Positions 44,873-56,855 of a DNA stretch of 64,000 nucleotides are shown piece after piece. Every line of letters starts with the position of its first letter. The first letter of the stretch is position 1. Below the pieces are notes generated by a model. It was given only the letters and a program-made list of their open reading frames with translations, did not search any database and had not been told where the DNA came from. Origin of the DNA: Cyanidioschyzon merolae (Eukaryota); the NCBI GenBank assembly GCA_000091205.1, contig AP006499.2; one strand, written 5' to 3'. The translations under genes were made by a program, and so were the position numbers.

Positions 44873-47635
44873 TATATTCTGGACCTATTTTGCACGACCA
44901 TCAGCACAAGTCATTGCAGTTTGCACCGCGACCGCTTCCTTCTCCTTTCCCGTATCTCCGACTTTCAATACGCTGGCGTCTCCTAGCCCTCCAGCTTCGA
45001 TGTCAGCAGGCGAAGGATGCCGATGGCTGCGTTCATTCGAACCCAGAGTTTCCTGCTTCCAGCCCTCATCGACGTACTTCATGCAAAGGCGGAAGTTGTG
45101 ATCTGCGCTTCTTTTAGCATTTTCATCCTTTTTGTCCACAACTCCGGTGCACCCTTCGCAGCGAGGACACTTGCCCGTTGTCCGGTGCCGCCATACGTCC
45201 ATCGCACGTCTTGCTCCGAGTGCCGCCCTGTGGCGCATGCCTGCTTGCAGTGTCGCTCGGTACACGCCCTCGACGGGTGCAGAGCGCTCCGCTCCATGCG
45301 CTCTTCAGTTTCTGTGCCCAGCGCCATACCCTGCGATCACAGGCTCGGGCTGGGCGATCCCCGCGGCAAGCACCCTCACTGCTGGGCGCGTAAACGCTCG
45401 CTGCTCGATTCGAGTACTCGGAATCCGCTCCCTCGCACGCTCTTCGTTTTTCGCGTACGCTTCCCATCGAAGCTGCCGACGAGCATCACGCGACTCGAGG
45501 TGCCGTGCCAGCTCATGAGTATTGTGCGCGCAGGTTCCATCCACTTGCGACGATGCGGGTCAGCCATCTGCGACTCCCTTCGTCTCCGGTCGCTCGCTCG
45601 CTCGCTTGCGTGTTCTTCTATCCCCATACTCGTTCGCTTCCGCTTCAGCGAAGATGGCAGGCGCGGGAGGAGAAGTCACGACTGTGGGCGTAACTCGGAC
45701 GTTTCCGATCCCGTGCCCCGGGACGGGGTGTCGGTTTCCACATGGGCGTCGGGCTTCGCCTCGGGTCTCACGGAGGCGCTGGTGCAACGCTTCGCTCTCC
45801 TTGGGCTCCTGCCGTTGCTAAGTGCACTGGATTGCAGGTTCACGAGGCCACGCATCTGTACAGCTTGCTGCTCATCGTCGCCGTGTTTCCTGTTCTGAGC
45901 AGGGGTGCGTTGGAGCTCTGATGGGGCCTTGAGGCATGTAGGGCGCTCACGACTGATAGCGGTGGATGCTGCCAGGCCATCGGTCTCGAACGAGGACACC
46001 ACGCCTCCTCGACTTTATGTGAGCGTTCTGTTTCTATCTGTTCCCTGCCTGTCGCATCTCTCTTTAGCGTCGTTCGCTTTTCGTTCCCCCAGCGGTTCAT
46101 GAGTGTCTCCGAAGTTTCGGGCGAAATTTGCGTAGTACGCTTCATGTACTCTATGCTGTCGATGGATACCTCCTCTTCTTCGATGTGCTCCTTGGCCTCC
46201 ATAGGACGTTTCCATGCCCTAATCCCTCGTGCGTGGGCGCCCACTTCGCAGCGAGGCGAAAAAGCCGCGAACCGGGGCGCGCGTACGAGCGACCTATAAA
46301 TGCGTTTACAGCAAGGCGAAAATCCATTCCATTCAGGGGCTCTGGAACAGTTCCCGAGGTGCAGAGGCTGTTTCACTCGCTCGGGTAGGCACTCGCAGGC
46401 TGCAGGTCTATAGTCTCCTCGACATGTTCGTCTTCCAGGATACTCAACGGAGGCTCACGCGCTCTGTATATCCGCCCAGCATATTCAAGTCGGCGAAGCG
46501 CCCGTCATGAAGAGCTCGTCCATGCCGTCCAGGCTGGTATCTGAGTCGTCATCCGCACGTATCCACGTCATCGAATCCTTCACGCGCCATGGGAATGAAT
46601 GCTGGCATGATCCAGGGTCGCGCGGCGTAGTTTTCCGCCCATATACACCTTTGAGTTATCCAGGCTGATTTGGGTCGCGAAGCGAATGCTGGCCTCGAAA
46701 TGCGCAACGTCGTTCGGCTATGGAGCCAAAGTGCCCGCGACGTCGATGAAAGCACAGTGCAGGTGAGGTGTGTCCCGACTACGCTTCGAGACAGTGACGG
46801 CATGAAAGGCCATCGATGCCAACGGTGCATCTACGAAGTTGTTCGGTTTCTCAGGGACCCCGATGCACTGGACGTACACGGTCCTAGGCAGGAGGTAAGC
46901 GCGCCACTGACGCATGCTGCAAAGAAGCGCATGTTTGCGGACGCGGAATCTGATATCCGGCGGGTGCGGGTGCATTTCGAAGTATCCCTTGCCGACAGTG
47001 GTGCCGTAGAATACCTCATACAAACAGCGAAGGAGGGAGTTTCCGAGATCGTATCCCGTGAGATGTAGCGCACTGCTTATTTGGGATGTGGTTTCGTTGA
47101 TGGTTGGAAAGCGAGAATATTTTGTGTTTCAAACGGAATCGATTATATGAGGTGAGGATTTGAACATACTTTCGGTATGAGCTCTTGAAGAAGTATTCGC
47201 ACGAAAACTTCCAACTTTTGCGTCGTCAACCGAGCGTAGCGGCCTGGTGCGCCCACGAGTAGCCTTGAAACATGGAGATCGGAAGCGTGCAGAATGCCTG
47301 ACTTGAGCGTGCAACGCGTAACTAAAGGAAAAGAGTTCAGGCTTCCTTGTACGAATTGCATCATGATATCGGCTATTTTAGGCAACGGTATGTGAGGATA
47401 TCTCGAATCACCTTGATGCTGGTGATGTAACGAATCCCTTCGGTGCAAAGTCGAGGGAGCCACTTTGAAGAGTCGACCGAGAATCCTAGAACGATGCATG
47501 AGTCCTGAGGCCCTCATTGCTGGACTATGAATACTCGGGTCCTGCATCTGAAAATGAGTTCGGGTGAAAAATCGAAATCGAGGAACACAGGCAGCAGCTC
47601 CGTGTTCTACTTCACTCCGACCCGGGTGCCGACTC
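44805..47635. repeat. Unclassified ~2.8-kb GC-rich dispersed repeat, copy 1 (full length)
   Basis: Identical ORF-track translations recur at 50.6-52.0 kb and 60.1-62.9 kb (e.g. the 293-aa ORF at 45017/50774/60270). End points were mapped where the copies diverge. There is no long conserved ORF and no recognisable transposase, RT or LTR/TIR structure. Confidence 0.75.
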
Positions 47636-47858
47636 CGGCGATGCATCGCTGTGACGGCCAGCGGGCCCGCTGAGCTGCTTGCCCGGCGGCGGCAAACGGA
47701 CACGCTGTTGAGTGCACTCGGGGCACACGTTGATCTCGCGCCGGCGTCTATGCGACGCGTTTGAATAGGAACAAACAACAGCAATTTGCTCAACGAACAT
47801 AGTTCTGTGCCAAAGCTTTCCTGGGGAAGGCAGCTATCGAATATGCACAACTTTTAAT

Positions 47859-49118
47859 ATGCCGCAGTACGGAGCTCAAAATTGTTTTCTTCTGCGGGAG
47901 CTTTTCAACCATGTGGGGGATGGAGGATCCTTTTGGCAAAGACAAGCTCTCGTGCTGGTATTCGTGTGCCTCGCGGCGTTTTTGAATTCCATCACAGTCA
48001 TACTTCATTTCGTTGGCCAGAACTGGATGGCTCGTTGCTTGCAGTTCCATCTCGCAAAACAGGTTGTGAGGGCTCAGAGGAGGGCCGCGCAAGACAGAGC
48101 TTTTCGCTTAGGCAGCACGGTTGGACACACCGGCACCGGGGGCACACCTGAGTTTCTGTGCGCTTGCAAAGGCTGTAGGAAACTGAGCTCTGTGCTGAAC
48201 CCACAACAACGGCAAGCACTTGAGGCGAGCAGAGTTGTTAGAGTGAGGAAGCTTCTCGGTCAGCAAGGACTGCACGCTGAGGCCGCGAACAGCTCACAAT
48301 GGTGCTCTGACCTAACAATCATGCGCTATCTTGACTCGTACGGCTCTTGCCCTGCTCTCGCGGCGAAATATTTAGCCGCTACCATTAAGTGGAGGATCCA
48401 AAATTCTGTCCATGAGCTTACTGTCACTGAGTTTACTGAGGAGCTCAGAAAAGGTGTCGTTTCTTTCGGTGGGTTTGATTCGCAGTCACGACCGGTTTTC
48501 ATCGTCCGGTTCGTACCTGGTTTCAGCTTGAGACTTTTAATTTTCATGCTTGAAGTTGGTGAAAGCATCATTCGTAACTCTATGGAGCCTGATGTGCTGC
48601 GCAAGGATGCGCCAAGCGCATCAGCCACTCCAGGTGTCTGGCAAAGGATATACCGTTCAATGTTTCGGGGTATGAAACGGGTAGAATCTGACCGCAAGGT
48701 GCAAAATCGGGATCGATGGGTCTGGATCGTGGAATGGGGGAGCGTTCAGAGAGAATGCACCCGGGAAGCTTGCACGCAATGCACCCCTTCCGAAGACAGC
48801 CCTGTCCCTACAAAATACGCCGGCGGTGTCTCCGCATCGGAGCTTATAGGCGCCTTCCGAATATGTAATGAGCACTACCCGAACCGCTTGCATGCTGCAT
48901 ACGTCCTTGGAGCACCGGAACCTATCGTATCGCTGTTCAGAATCTTGGCAAAGAAGTCTACGAAGCGGAAGGTGCGATTTGTGCGACTAAGAGACGGATG
49001 TGATAGGGGTTCGCTTAGCGAATACGGTCCAATATGGCGCCGGCCCTGGGCTGCTACGGATTTTATTCAGCTGATCAACTATATTGATGGATCACTTGCC
49101 GTACAGAAGAGCAAATAA
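47859..49118 (+). CDS. Sec14/CRAL-TRIO-domain lipid-transfer protein
   Basis: CRAL-TRIO N-terminal helix bundle (...QWCSDLTIMRYLDSYGSCPALAAKYLAATIKWRI...) followed by ...GGFDSQSRPVFIVRF... and ...LGAPEPIVSLFRILAKKSTKRKVRFV..., matching the Sec14 core blocks (g.D..GRPV ... iiNaP..f...w...kp.l...T..Ki.f). The first ~100 aa may not be real; the start is uncertain. Confidence 0.55.
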   Translation: MPQYGAQNCFLLRELFNHVGDGGSFWQRQALVLVFVCLAAFLNSITVILHFVGQNWMARCLQFHLAKQVVRAQRRAAQDRAFRLGSTVGHTGTGGTPEFLCACKGCRKLSSVLNPQQRQALEASRVVRVRKLLGQQGLHAEAANSSQWCSDLTIMRYLDSYGSCPALAAKYLAATIKWRIQNSVHELTVTEFTEELRKGVVSFGGFDSQSRPVFIVRFVPGFSLRLLIFMLEVGESIIRNSMEPDVLRKDAPSASATPGVWQRIYRSMFRGMKRVESDRKVQNRDRWVWIVEWGSVQRECTREACTQCTPSEDSPVPTKYAGGVSASELIGAFRICNEHYPNRLHAAYVLGAPEPIVSLFRILAKKSTKRKVRFVRLRDGCDRGSLSEYGPIWRRPWAATDFIQLINYIDGSLAVQKSK

Positions 49119-49674
49119 GGCAGTCCATATACAATTTACAGCTCGAGTGCTTCGCCTAAGCATTCGATATCGCGAATTGATCAGAATTTCTTCTGTTAGT
49201 TATGATGCGGCGGTCGGCTTTGTGCGTGCAAAACCCAAACAATGGAACAATGGTGACTGTTTTCTACGCGTTGCAGCCATCCGTTCCCACGTGCGACTCG
49301 GTTTCAGGACCTTCGGATCAGTACCTGAGCTCGCCACTTATTCGAATACTTTTCATGCTATTGGACGAAGCAGATCACCTCCGCGAAAGTTGACACCGCA
49401 TGAGACTTATTTCGTGGACGCGATGTCCAGAAGGCATGCTTAAAGAGCGGCTTGGATGCCTTGACGAGGTGCAGTTCGCCATCTGGCATTTAGGAGAAAA
49501 TGGCCGTACGAGCAAGGGCAGCAGAATCTGCGAGCATTCTAAAGGAAGAATATATGAAGCATCATCTCGAAGATGGCATGGCAGAATTATCTCATCTTTT
49601 ACCACCGTCAAATACTATTCCCCAAGCTTCTAAAATCCTCCGAAGCGTACGTCTCTTACAGTCCCTTTGCCCCT

Positions 49675-50319
49675 TCACTGTAATGGTTGAAAGTTCGTTA
49701 TCTGCTCGAAAGGCATCTTCCCGTTCAAGAACTCACCATGGATGATGCCCGCAAAGCCGAGCATGGCAAGTCGCCCGTTATTCACTTCCCGATCCCGCAT
49801 GGCCTTGTCGTTCGGCAAGTTGAGGGGATTGAAGCCCAGCTCACCAGGCTTCCGCCCTTTCCATTCCATATCGGAATAGAGCACCTTGCCACGGTGGAGC
49901 AGGAACTCAAGAAACCCGATGAATGCTAAGATCTGAATCATGGCCCCAGACTTGACGAAATAGTCATGGGCTGGTCCAGCGAGTTTAGGAGCCCCCGCGA
50001 AGAACGGAAACTGGTAAAACTCGGTTACGAAGAAGTGCAGGCAAGCGAGCATTGCGACGCGCCCGTTCTTAATCTCGCCCTCTTGAAGCCAGTTAACGTC
50101 GAACGCATCAGAGAAGCGAAGCGGGTCAAAACCACGATATCCCGGCATATCAGGCGACAGGTTAGGCGGTTTCGAAAGGAACGGTAGCGCCGGCGACTGC
50201 TCCATTTTTAGAGTAGCATAACCCGAAGCATGTCTCGAACGGATAGCGCTGGTGCCAGTTGCCTTGGATACCGTATTGGCGCGCTGAACAAGTGGAGCGA
50301 AACTCACGAAAGCGTACAT
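49675..50319 (-). CDS. LHC: Light-harvesting complex protein (LHC superfamily; red-lineage Lhcr/FCP-like chlorophyll-binding protein) with N-terminal transit-type presequence
   Basis: Both LHC helix motifs are present: PGYRGFDPLRFSD...EIKNGRVAMLACLHFFV (helix 1) and GFNPLNLPND...REVNNGRLAMLGFAGIIHGEF (helix 3). ~214 aa, three predicted membrane helices. Confidence 0.85.
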   Translation of the reverse strand: MYAFVSFAPLVQRANTVSKATGTSAIRSRHASGYATLKMEQSPALPFLSKPPNLSPDMPGYRGFDPLRFSDAFDVNWLQEGEIKNGRVAMLACLHFFVTEFYQFPFFAGAPKLAGPAHDYFVKSGAMIQILAFIGFLEFLLHRGKVLYSDMEWKGRKPGELGFNPLNLPNDKAMRDREVNNGRLAMLGFAGIIHGEFLNGKMPFEQITNFQPLQ

Positions 50320-50562
50320 TATCCAACAGTTGCCTCTGTCGAGAAAGAACGATCACCACACAACCCGAGGGCTTCTAGCGAGAATCTCCGGGCATTTTAC
50401 AGCGCACATGGAGCTGTTGCCGATCGCGGGAGCTCTGCGCCTGCACGCCGCTGCTGTGAGCTCGACGCTCGAAAAGCGATCGTGCCTTCCGAGGCGTCGC
50501 GCGTCACCACAAAATCGGTGGGTGCGCTCGAGCCAGCAACCTCGCCGATGCTGCAGCGGGCG

Positions 50563-51950
50563 CGCAGCTTCCGCCTATATCAGTCAAAGATAGAATAGAC
50601 CCCGTGAGGAAAGTCGGACGTACTCGCACTATATTCTGGACCTATTTTGCACGACCATCAGCACAAGTCATTGCAGTTTGCACCGCGACCGCTTCCTTCT
50701 CCTTTCCCGTATCTCCGACTTTCAATACGCTGGCGTCTCCTAGCCCTCCAGCTTCGATGTCAGCAGGCGAAGGATGCCGATGGCTGCGTTCATTCGAACC
50801 CAGAGTTTCCTGCTTCCAGCCCTCATCGACGTACTTCATGCAAAGGCGGAAGTTGTGATCTGCGCTTCTTTTAGCATTTTCATCCTTTTTGTCCACAACT
50901 CCGGTGCACCCTTCGCAGCGAGGACACTTGCCCGTTGTCCGGTGCCGCCATACGTCCATCGCACGTCTTGCTCCGAGTGCCGCCCTGTGGCGCATGCCTG
51001 CTTGCAGTGTCGCTCGGTACACGCCCTCGACGGGTGCAGAGCGCTCCGCTCCATGCGCTCTTCAGTTTCTGTGCCCAGCGCCATACCCTGCGATCACAGG
51101 CTCGGGCTGGGCGATCCCCGCGGCAAGCACCCTCACTGCTGGGCGCGTAAACGCTCGCTGCTCGATTCGAGTACTCGGAATCCGCTCCCTCGCACGCTCT
51201 TCGTTTTTCGCGTACGCTTCCCATCGAAGCTGCCGACGAGCATCACGCGACTCGAGGTGCCGTGCCAGCTCATGAGTATTGTGCGCGCAGGTTCCATCCA
51301 CTTGCGACGATGCGGGTCAGCCATCTGCGACTCCCTTCGTCTCCGGTCGCTCGCTCGCTCGCTTGCGTGTTCTTCTATCCCCATACTCGTTCGCTTCCGC
51401 TTCAGCGAAGATGGCAGGCGCGGGAGGAGAAGTCACGACTGTGGGCGTAACTCGGACGTTTCCGATCCCGTGCCCCGGGACGGGGTGTCGGTTTCCACAT
51501 GGGCGTCGGGCTTCGCCTCGGGTCTCACGGAGGCGCTGGTGCAACGCTTCGCTCTCCTTGGGCTCCTGCCGTTGCTGAGTGCACTGGATTGCAGGTTCAC
51601 GAGGCCACGCATCTGTACAGCTTGCTGCTCATCGTCGCCGTGTTTCCTGTTCTGAGCAGGGGTGCGTTGGAGCTCTGATGGGGCCTTGAGGCATGTAGGG
51701 CGCTCACGACTGATAGCGGTGGATGCTGCCAGGCCATCGGTCTCGAACGAGGACACCACGCCTCCTCGACTTTATGTGAGCGTTCTGTTTCTATCTGTTC
51801 CCTGCCTGTCGCATCTCTCTTTAGCGTCGTTCGCTTTTCGTTCCCCCAGCGGTTCATGAGTGTCTCCGAAGTTTCGGGCGAAATTTGCGTAGTACGCTTC
51901 ATGTACTCTATGCTGTCGATGGATACCTCCTCTTCTTCGATGTGCTCCTT
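50563..51950. repeat. Dispersed repeat, copy 2 (3'-truncated, ~1.39 kb)
   Basis: Shares the same 5' boundary (including ~70 bp gcgcagcttccgcctatatcagtcaaagatagaatagaccccgtgaggaaagtcg) with copy 1. Identity ends at ...gatgtgctcctt | gttctaacgc. Confidence 0.75.
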
Positions 51951-52155
51951 GTTCTAACGCGGCCTCAAAACCTTTTTCTTGATCGCGGGACACCTACTTA
52001 GCTGGAACATTGTATGCAAAATCGCTCATGTTTGTTAATACAGAGACCCCGGAGGCACATTCACATGCACGTTCGGGCCCACATTCTCATTCGAAAAAAC
52101 TAACATACAAGTAAGTTCCACAATGCCAAATCTGGCGTGGTTTATGGCGGTACAA

Positions 52156-53922
52156 CTATTTTCTGCTATTCATAGGCTTGGGATCACGAAAAAGTTTCTC
52201 GTCGCTCAGACCATGTGAGTTGAGAAATGTCACTAGAAGTCGCACACGTTTTTCGATTTTTGTAGGCTCTGCCACAACTGAAGTATCCACAGATCGTTCC
52301 GCAGTAGGACACGTGTTTCGTAGCACTTGGCGGAGAGGAGAAAGAGCTTTTCTTCCATAAAAGGAGCAAAGTTCAATCAGAAGATGGCCGTAAAACTCGT
52401 TCGTCTTCTTTTCATTCAGATAACACTGGAGAATAGCTTCTAAAGCCTGATACAGCGAAGCGCTTCGTGAACTACGGCTTAGTAACTTGTAAATTCTTGA
52501 AGCGGCTTCTATGAAATTCACAGAGGAGGCCAAAATCTCAACAACTGATCTGCCAGTCGCGCTCCAGATACGATTCCTATCCAGTAAAGAAGAGATTCGA
52601 TCCTTGGATTCCAAGAGCTCAGTAGCTCCTGACGTACCCTTCGACGAAGCCCTTCTGGTGAGGCTAGAATTCTCCCAAAGGATCCCGCCATCAGTTACTA
52701 GGCTCTCCTTGCTCGCATCATCACAAACTTCGGGGCGTTTTGAAATAGTCGCGTTTGCTCTAATGCGTTTTTCGTAAACGAAAGATGATCCTAGTTTGGC
52801 ATGAACCCACAGTAAAGCTTCGGGCACAGGTTCCAGAGCGCTCTGAGCGCTCAGCTCTTGTGATCGACTTTCGCGTACGACGTCCGCAATAACTGTTTCT
52901 ATCATGTAAACTGTGCAGCCTTCATGAAACTCTCTGAAGTGGCTGCTTCTTTCGCATCCACACGAGGTAGTCTCATGCATGTTCCTACAGATACTTCTTA
53001 GTTGAGCCTCGAATGCCGCAAACTTTTCGGGAAAAGAATTACGAAGATGCAAACCACAGAGCTTCGTGACATGAAGCATACCAACGAGACCGACTGCGTT
53101 TCCGCTGTTGAGCACGGATGACTTGGCAAGTTCAAATACGACTTCCCATTCAATCATTCCGCCCAGAAACAGATGGCATAGCGGCGTTAAAGCATCAAGC
53201 AAATTTTGCAAGTCTAATCTTCCGGATGCTCCAACATTTTGGAGCCTCTCTGTGACTTTCACGAAAAAGCAGTTGACGAAACTAGCGTCGACGGTGCAGT
53301 GAAGATAAATCAGAACAGCACACAAAGCTGCACAGTTAAATGTTGATACGCCTTCATGCTGCCCTTTTGGGTTTTCCATAGCAACCGAATTTTCAAACGT
53401 GCGCCCCATGCGAGCAGAACAAAGAACTGTACAAAATATGTCTCTCAAATGGACGAACCCAAGGGGGTCATGACGAATCTCAGAAAAATACTTGTAAAGT
53501 TTGCTGCAAGTGAGGTCCAGATTCGTGTCCGAAACTCGGTTAAGAATGCTGCTCAGTTGCGAAACGAGACTATCAATCTCATTTTGGGTCCAGGTTTTTC
53601 CCTTTTCCCGCGCACTCGACAGCTTGGTAGCCGTCCCCTCTTGTGGGGCCACATCTTCGTCAACTGCATCTGCGGAAAGACTGGTCTCAGCACCAGACTT
53701 CATCGACTTAACCTTCTGGTTGTTGCTTTTTAAAAGCGGTCCTATGATCACGCCCAGAGAGTCTACGTCGTTTGAAAGAAACTCCGCAGCCTCCCACGTC
53801 TTCAAATCAGTTTGAGGAAAGGCGTACGGGCTCCCACGGCTCTTTCTCTTTCTTGAAAACTTCCGATCGAAGCCTTCAATCTTTCTCTTCAATCTGCTTT
53901 GCAGGCTCAGCTCCTCGTCCAT
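52156..53922 (-). CDS. MIF4G/MA3-domain protein, NOM1/Sgd1-like (nucleolar, ribosome-biogenesis family), tentative
   Basis: Central segment ...FNCAALCAVLIYLHCTVDASFVNCFFVKVTERL... resembles the NOM1/Sgd1 MIF4G block (...vyAALvaaL...G.efga.flq.lve.l). Basic N-terminus, and a C-terminal helical region compatible with MA3. Confidence 0.4.
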   Translation of the reverse strand: MDEELSLQSRLKRKIEGFDRKFSRKRKSRGSPYAFPQTDLKTWEAAEFLSNDVDSLGVIIGPLLKSNNQKVKSMKSGAETSLSADAVDEDVAPQEGTATKLSSAREKGKTWTQNEIDSLVSQLSSILNRVSDTNLDLTCSKLYKYFSEIRHDPLGFVHLRDIFCTVLCSARMGRTFENSVAMENPKGQHEGVSTFNCAALCAVLIYLHCTVDASFVNCFFVKVTERLQNVGASGRLDLQNLLDALTPLCHLFLGGMIEWEVVFELAKSSVLNSGNAVGLVGMLHVTKLCGLHLRNSFPEKFAAFEAQLRSICRNMHETTSCGCERSSHFREFHEGCTVYMIETVIADVVRESRSQELSAQSALEPVPEALLWVHAKLGSSFVYEKRIRANATISKRPEVCDDASKESLVTDGGILWENSSLTRRASSKGTSGATELLESKDRISSLLDRNRIWSATGRSVVEILASSVNFIEAASRIYKLLSRSSRSASLYQALEAILQCYLNEKKTNEFYGHLLIELCSFYGRKALSPLRQVLRNTCPTAERSVDTSVVAEPTKIEKRVRLLVTFLNSHGLSDEKLFRDPKPMNSRK

Positions 53923-54029
53923 GGTCAGCTAAACCCGTCTCCAGTAAAGCAAGGGAAACCAGCTGTGCACGCACGCCTTTTATCGAGGGACTGCCGTTTT
54001 CGAAATCGCGTTGTATGGATCGCTAACTG

Positions 54030-55393
54030 CGCCCATGCAGGAGTGATTTGGAACTGGTCCCACGTAATTTACTCGGTCGAACACTCTAGTCTTTCAGCCT
54101 CTTCCGTCCGTCATTAACTTCAGCCTTTGCGAGCAGTTTCTGCGTATGTTTCCTTTCCTTTTCCCGTACCTCCGGCTTTAAGTGTGCCGGTACCTCACTT
54201 CCATCCAGCTCCGTTCGAAGCAGTCGAAGGATGGTAATAGTGGCCTTAGGGTCCCGAGTTCATTGCCTACGGTTGCTTTCTACGCATTTCATGCACAGAC
54301 GGTAGTTGCGGCCTGCGCGTCACTTCCCATTTTTATTTTCTATGCATACAGCCTACGTGTGCCCTTCGCTGCGGTGAGACTCGGCCCGGTTCAGTTGTTC
54401 ACATATTTCTACAATGTCCCGTCCTCCGCGGGCACCCCTGTGGCTCGAGGTAGCTTGCTATATCGCTCAGTATATGCCTTTGACCCGTACAGAGGTCTTG
54501 TATCGATGCCCTCCTCGGTTTTTCGCGCGCGGTGCCGTATCCTACGATCATGGGCTTCTTCTGGACGGTTTTCTCAGCGAACATGCTGAAGGCTGCATGC
54601 ACGTGCGAACCTTGTTCCATTTGATAAAAGATTTCTTGTATGCGTGAATGCCCTTGATGGTGCACGCACCGGTAGGTTAATCCCGCATGGAGAAGTCTAG
54701 AAATTCCGATCCGAGTGCGCTTCCTCTGTGGAGAGCGGTGACGCAGACGCCACAGGGAGCGATCGTTGTCATGACTGAAGACGGAGTCCAAAAACATTCT
54801 CCAAGCGAACAGACGACTCAAGAGCCACTCGGAGCGCATCCCTAGAAGGTACCATGCTCCTGCAGAGTCTTATTTAATCGACGGCCGCTAAAAGAGGTAG
54901 ACCAGTTCGTCGAACAAAATCGACTGTTGAACTTGGCAAGTTAGGTCAACTTTCTGAACGACTTTGTGAACATGTCGTTCATGGACGACGTAGAGCCTAT
55001 TTTCTCGTCAATTCATAGGCACGAATTACCGCGACAATGAGTTGCCTTGAAGCAGAGAGATCCGCAACATGAAGAACGCGGGATATGAAAATGTTACAAG
55101 AAAAGAAAGGAAAATACCATGGGTGTGGCAGTATTAATTGGAAACGGTGCCGGCCATTGTACGAACGCTCGTTCCACGGCACCGCGAATCATCCTGATTC
55201 CGGTGATGCGTTTAACTCCGGCAGCGAAACGTCGATGTAAACTTTCCGAAAATACGACCAAGCACCCTGAACTAAGAATGAAACAGTCAAGCCTTATTGC
55301 GACACCTGAGAGAGTCGAGGCTGAACGACTGAAAACCTGGGGGAAGATCATAGCACAAGTATAGAGCAAACCATTCAGTGGTGCACTTAATGC
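54030..55393. repeat. Inverted-repeat arm (~1.36 kb), partner of 56856..58225
   Basis: ORF translations are mirrored on opposite strands (54182..54589+ equals 57661..58068-; 54399..54839- equals 57411..57851+; 55119..55364+ equals 56886..57131-), with one or two substitutions. Confidence 0.8.
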
Positions 55394-56855
55394 TTGCGCA
55401 TATGGTTACTGTGCACGGGATAATAGTATGGAGAGATCTCTTCTATACATCATCAATATGCTGTGTGGGAGGAAGGAATTCATATTCCTACCGCGTAAAA
55501 ACTCGTGCATTTCTATTCGCGTTCGGACAGTAACGTCTTCTAGTCACTGTCTGCGTCACCTTCGAAGACAAAAAAGCTTTGCTCGCAAAACTGACATTTT
55601 TCCGGAATATTTTTACAACGCCCGCAAATAATCGCTAATCCTACTCTATAACCGAATTGTTTAAATAACGGGTACCGGGAAAGATCTGGTTGTTCTACAA
55701 ATTGTGCACTGAACGTTCTGCGCGTGATGCATTTTACTTCTATAGAAAATTGAATTTTCAACACCGAAACCGCTTATTGCGCGCAACCTAAATCGGCGCA
55801 GCGGATTGAGTTTTGATTTACTGCTTGGAAGCTAACTGTTCTATGCTGAATATTCTCTGCGATACGGCAATTCTTTGATCACTTAGTAGACGTCGTTCTA
55901 CTTTTAACATATTCTAACTCTTTTGGGGTTGGCGTGTTCAATTTCGCCTGGCCCGTTCTAGCTGGGGCTGTCTAAAAAGACCAGTTGTCTCTTGTCGTGC
56001 GTTCCATTGCTGCCCGAATGCCATTTCATATTTATTGGTTCAAACCCAAAAAAACTGTCTGACTCTGCTCCGTTGTATCAAGCGAGCCACTTCAATGGGT
56101 CAGAGGTTGTTGAGAACGTCGTATTCTTTCAACCATTAACACAGTTTCAGAAGACGACCGAAGGTTTGCTGGCTGGGACAAGATTTTGCGAAAATTTGCA
56201 GTGCAGCAAATCGGGGATCGATTATTCTTAACAAGTAGAAATGAGATCAAGCTCGAAGAATCAATGAAAATGTGTTTATTCTGCCGTAGGTCGCTCGTTT
56301 TCATCCTTCTGTGCACCCATTATTGTTGGATGTTGTTGCGCTTGAGATGAAGACCCTTTCATAGCTCTCCTAGAATAGAAGTTCATTAGAAATGAAAACT
56401 GCACGATTCAGAAATAAGCTACAGATTCAGGAGTATCTGTTTTGATTCATTCTATTCTCTTCAATTTTTGCTGCCCAAAAAATGCATGTCCAGAGCCCCG
56501 ACGATTCTAGCTAAGCCCTATCTTTCCAGTTTTGCGAACCAGAGTAGTTTTCGACACTAGACATCAAATATTCGGCGTAGAGCGAGGCCGTTTATGATTT
56601 TGTAGCAGAAGAGAGCAAAGCATTCAATTCACGCGTGGTATCTCAGATCAAATGCAGAGTCTCAATCATGACCGTGCCATTTCCATGGCTTCATTTTAGT
56701 GGTGTATCTTCAGGATGTTTTCTGCAGCCGCTGACCGCAGGAAACCACAGTTTCATCGTACACAGACGCTAATTCACCTTGATGAGAGGCTATGGCAGGC
56801 ATATTGCGATGCAGGCGGATGCTGCGACCACAGCACTTCTTTGTACTTCAGTGTC

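Noticed and set aside
45017-45898. 293-aa ORF (and 178-, 128-, 126-aa overlapping ORFs) present identically in all three copies of the 2.8-kb repeat
   Set aside because: No recognisable domain. They overlap each other on both strands in GC-rich sequence, and their conservation is explained by repeat identity rather than coding constraint. Not called as genes.
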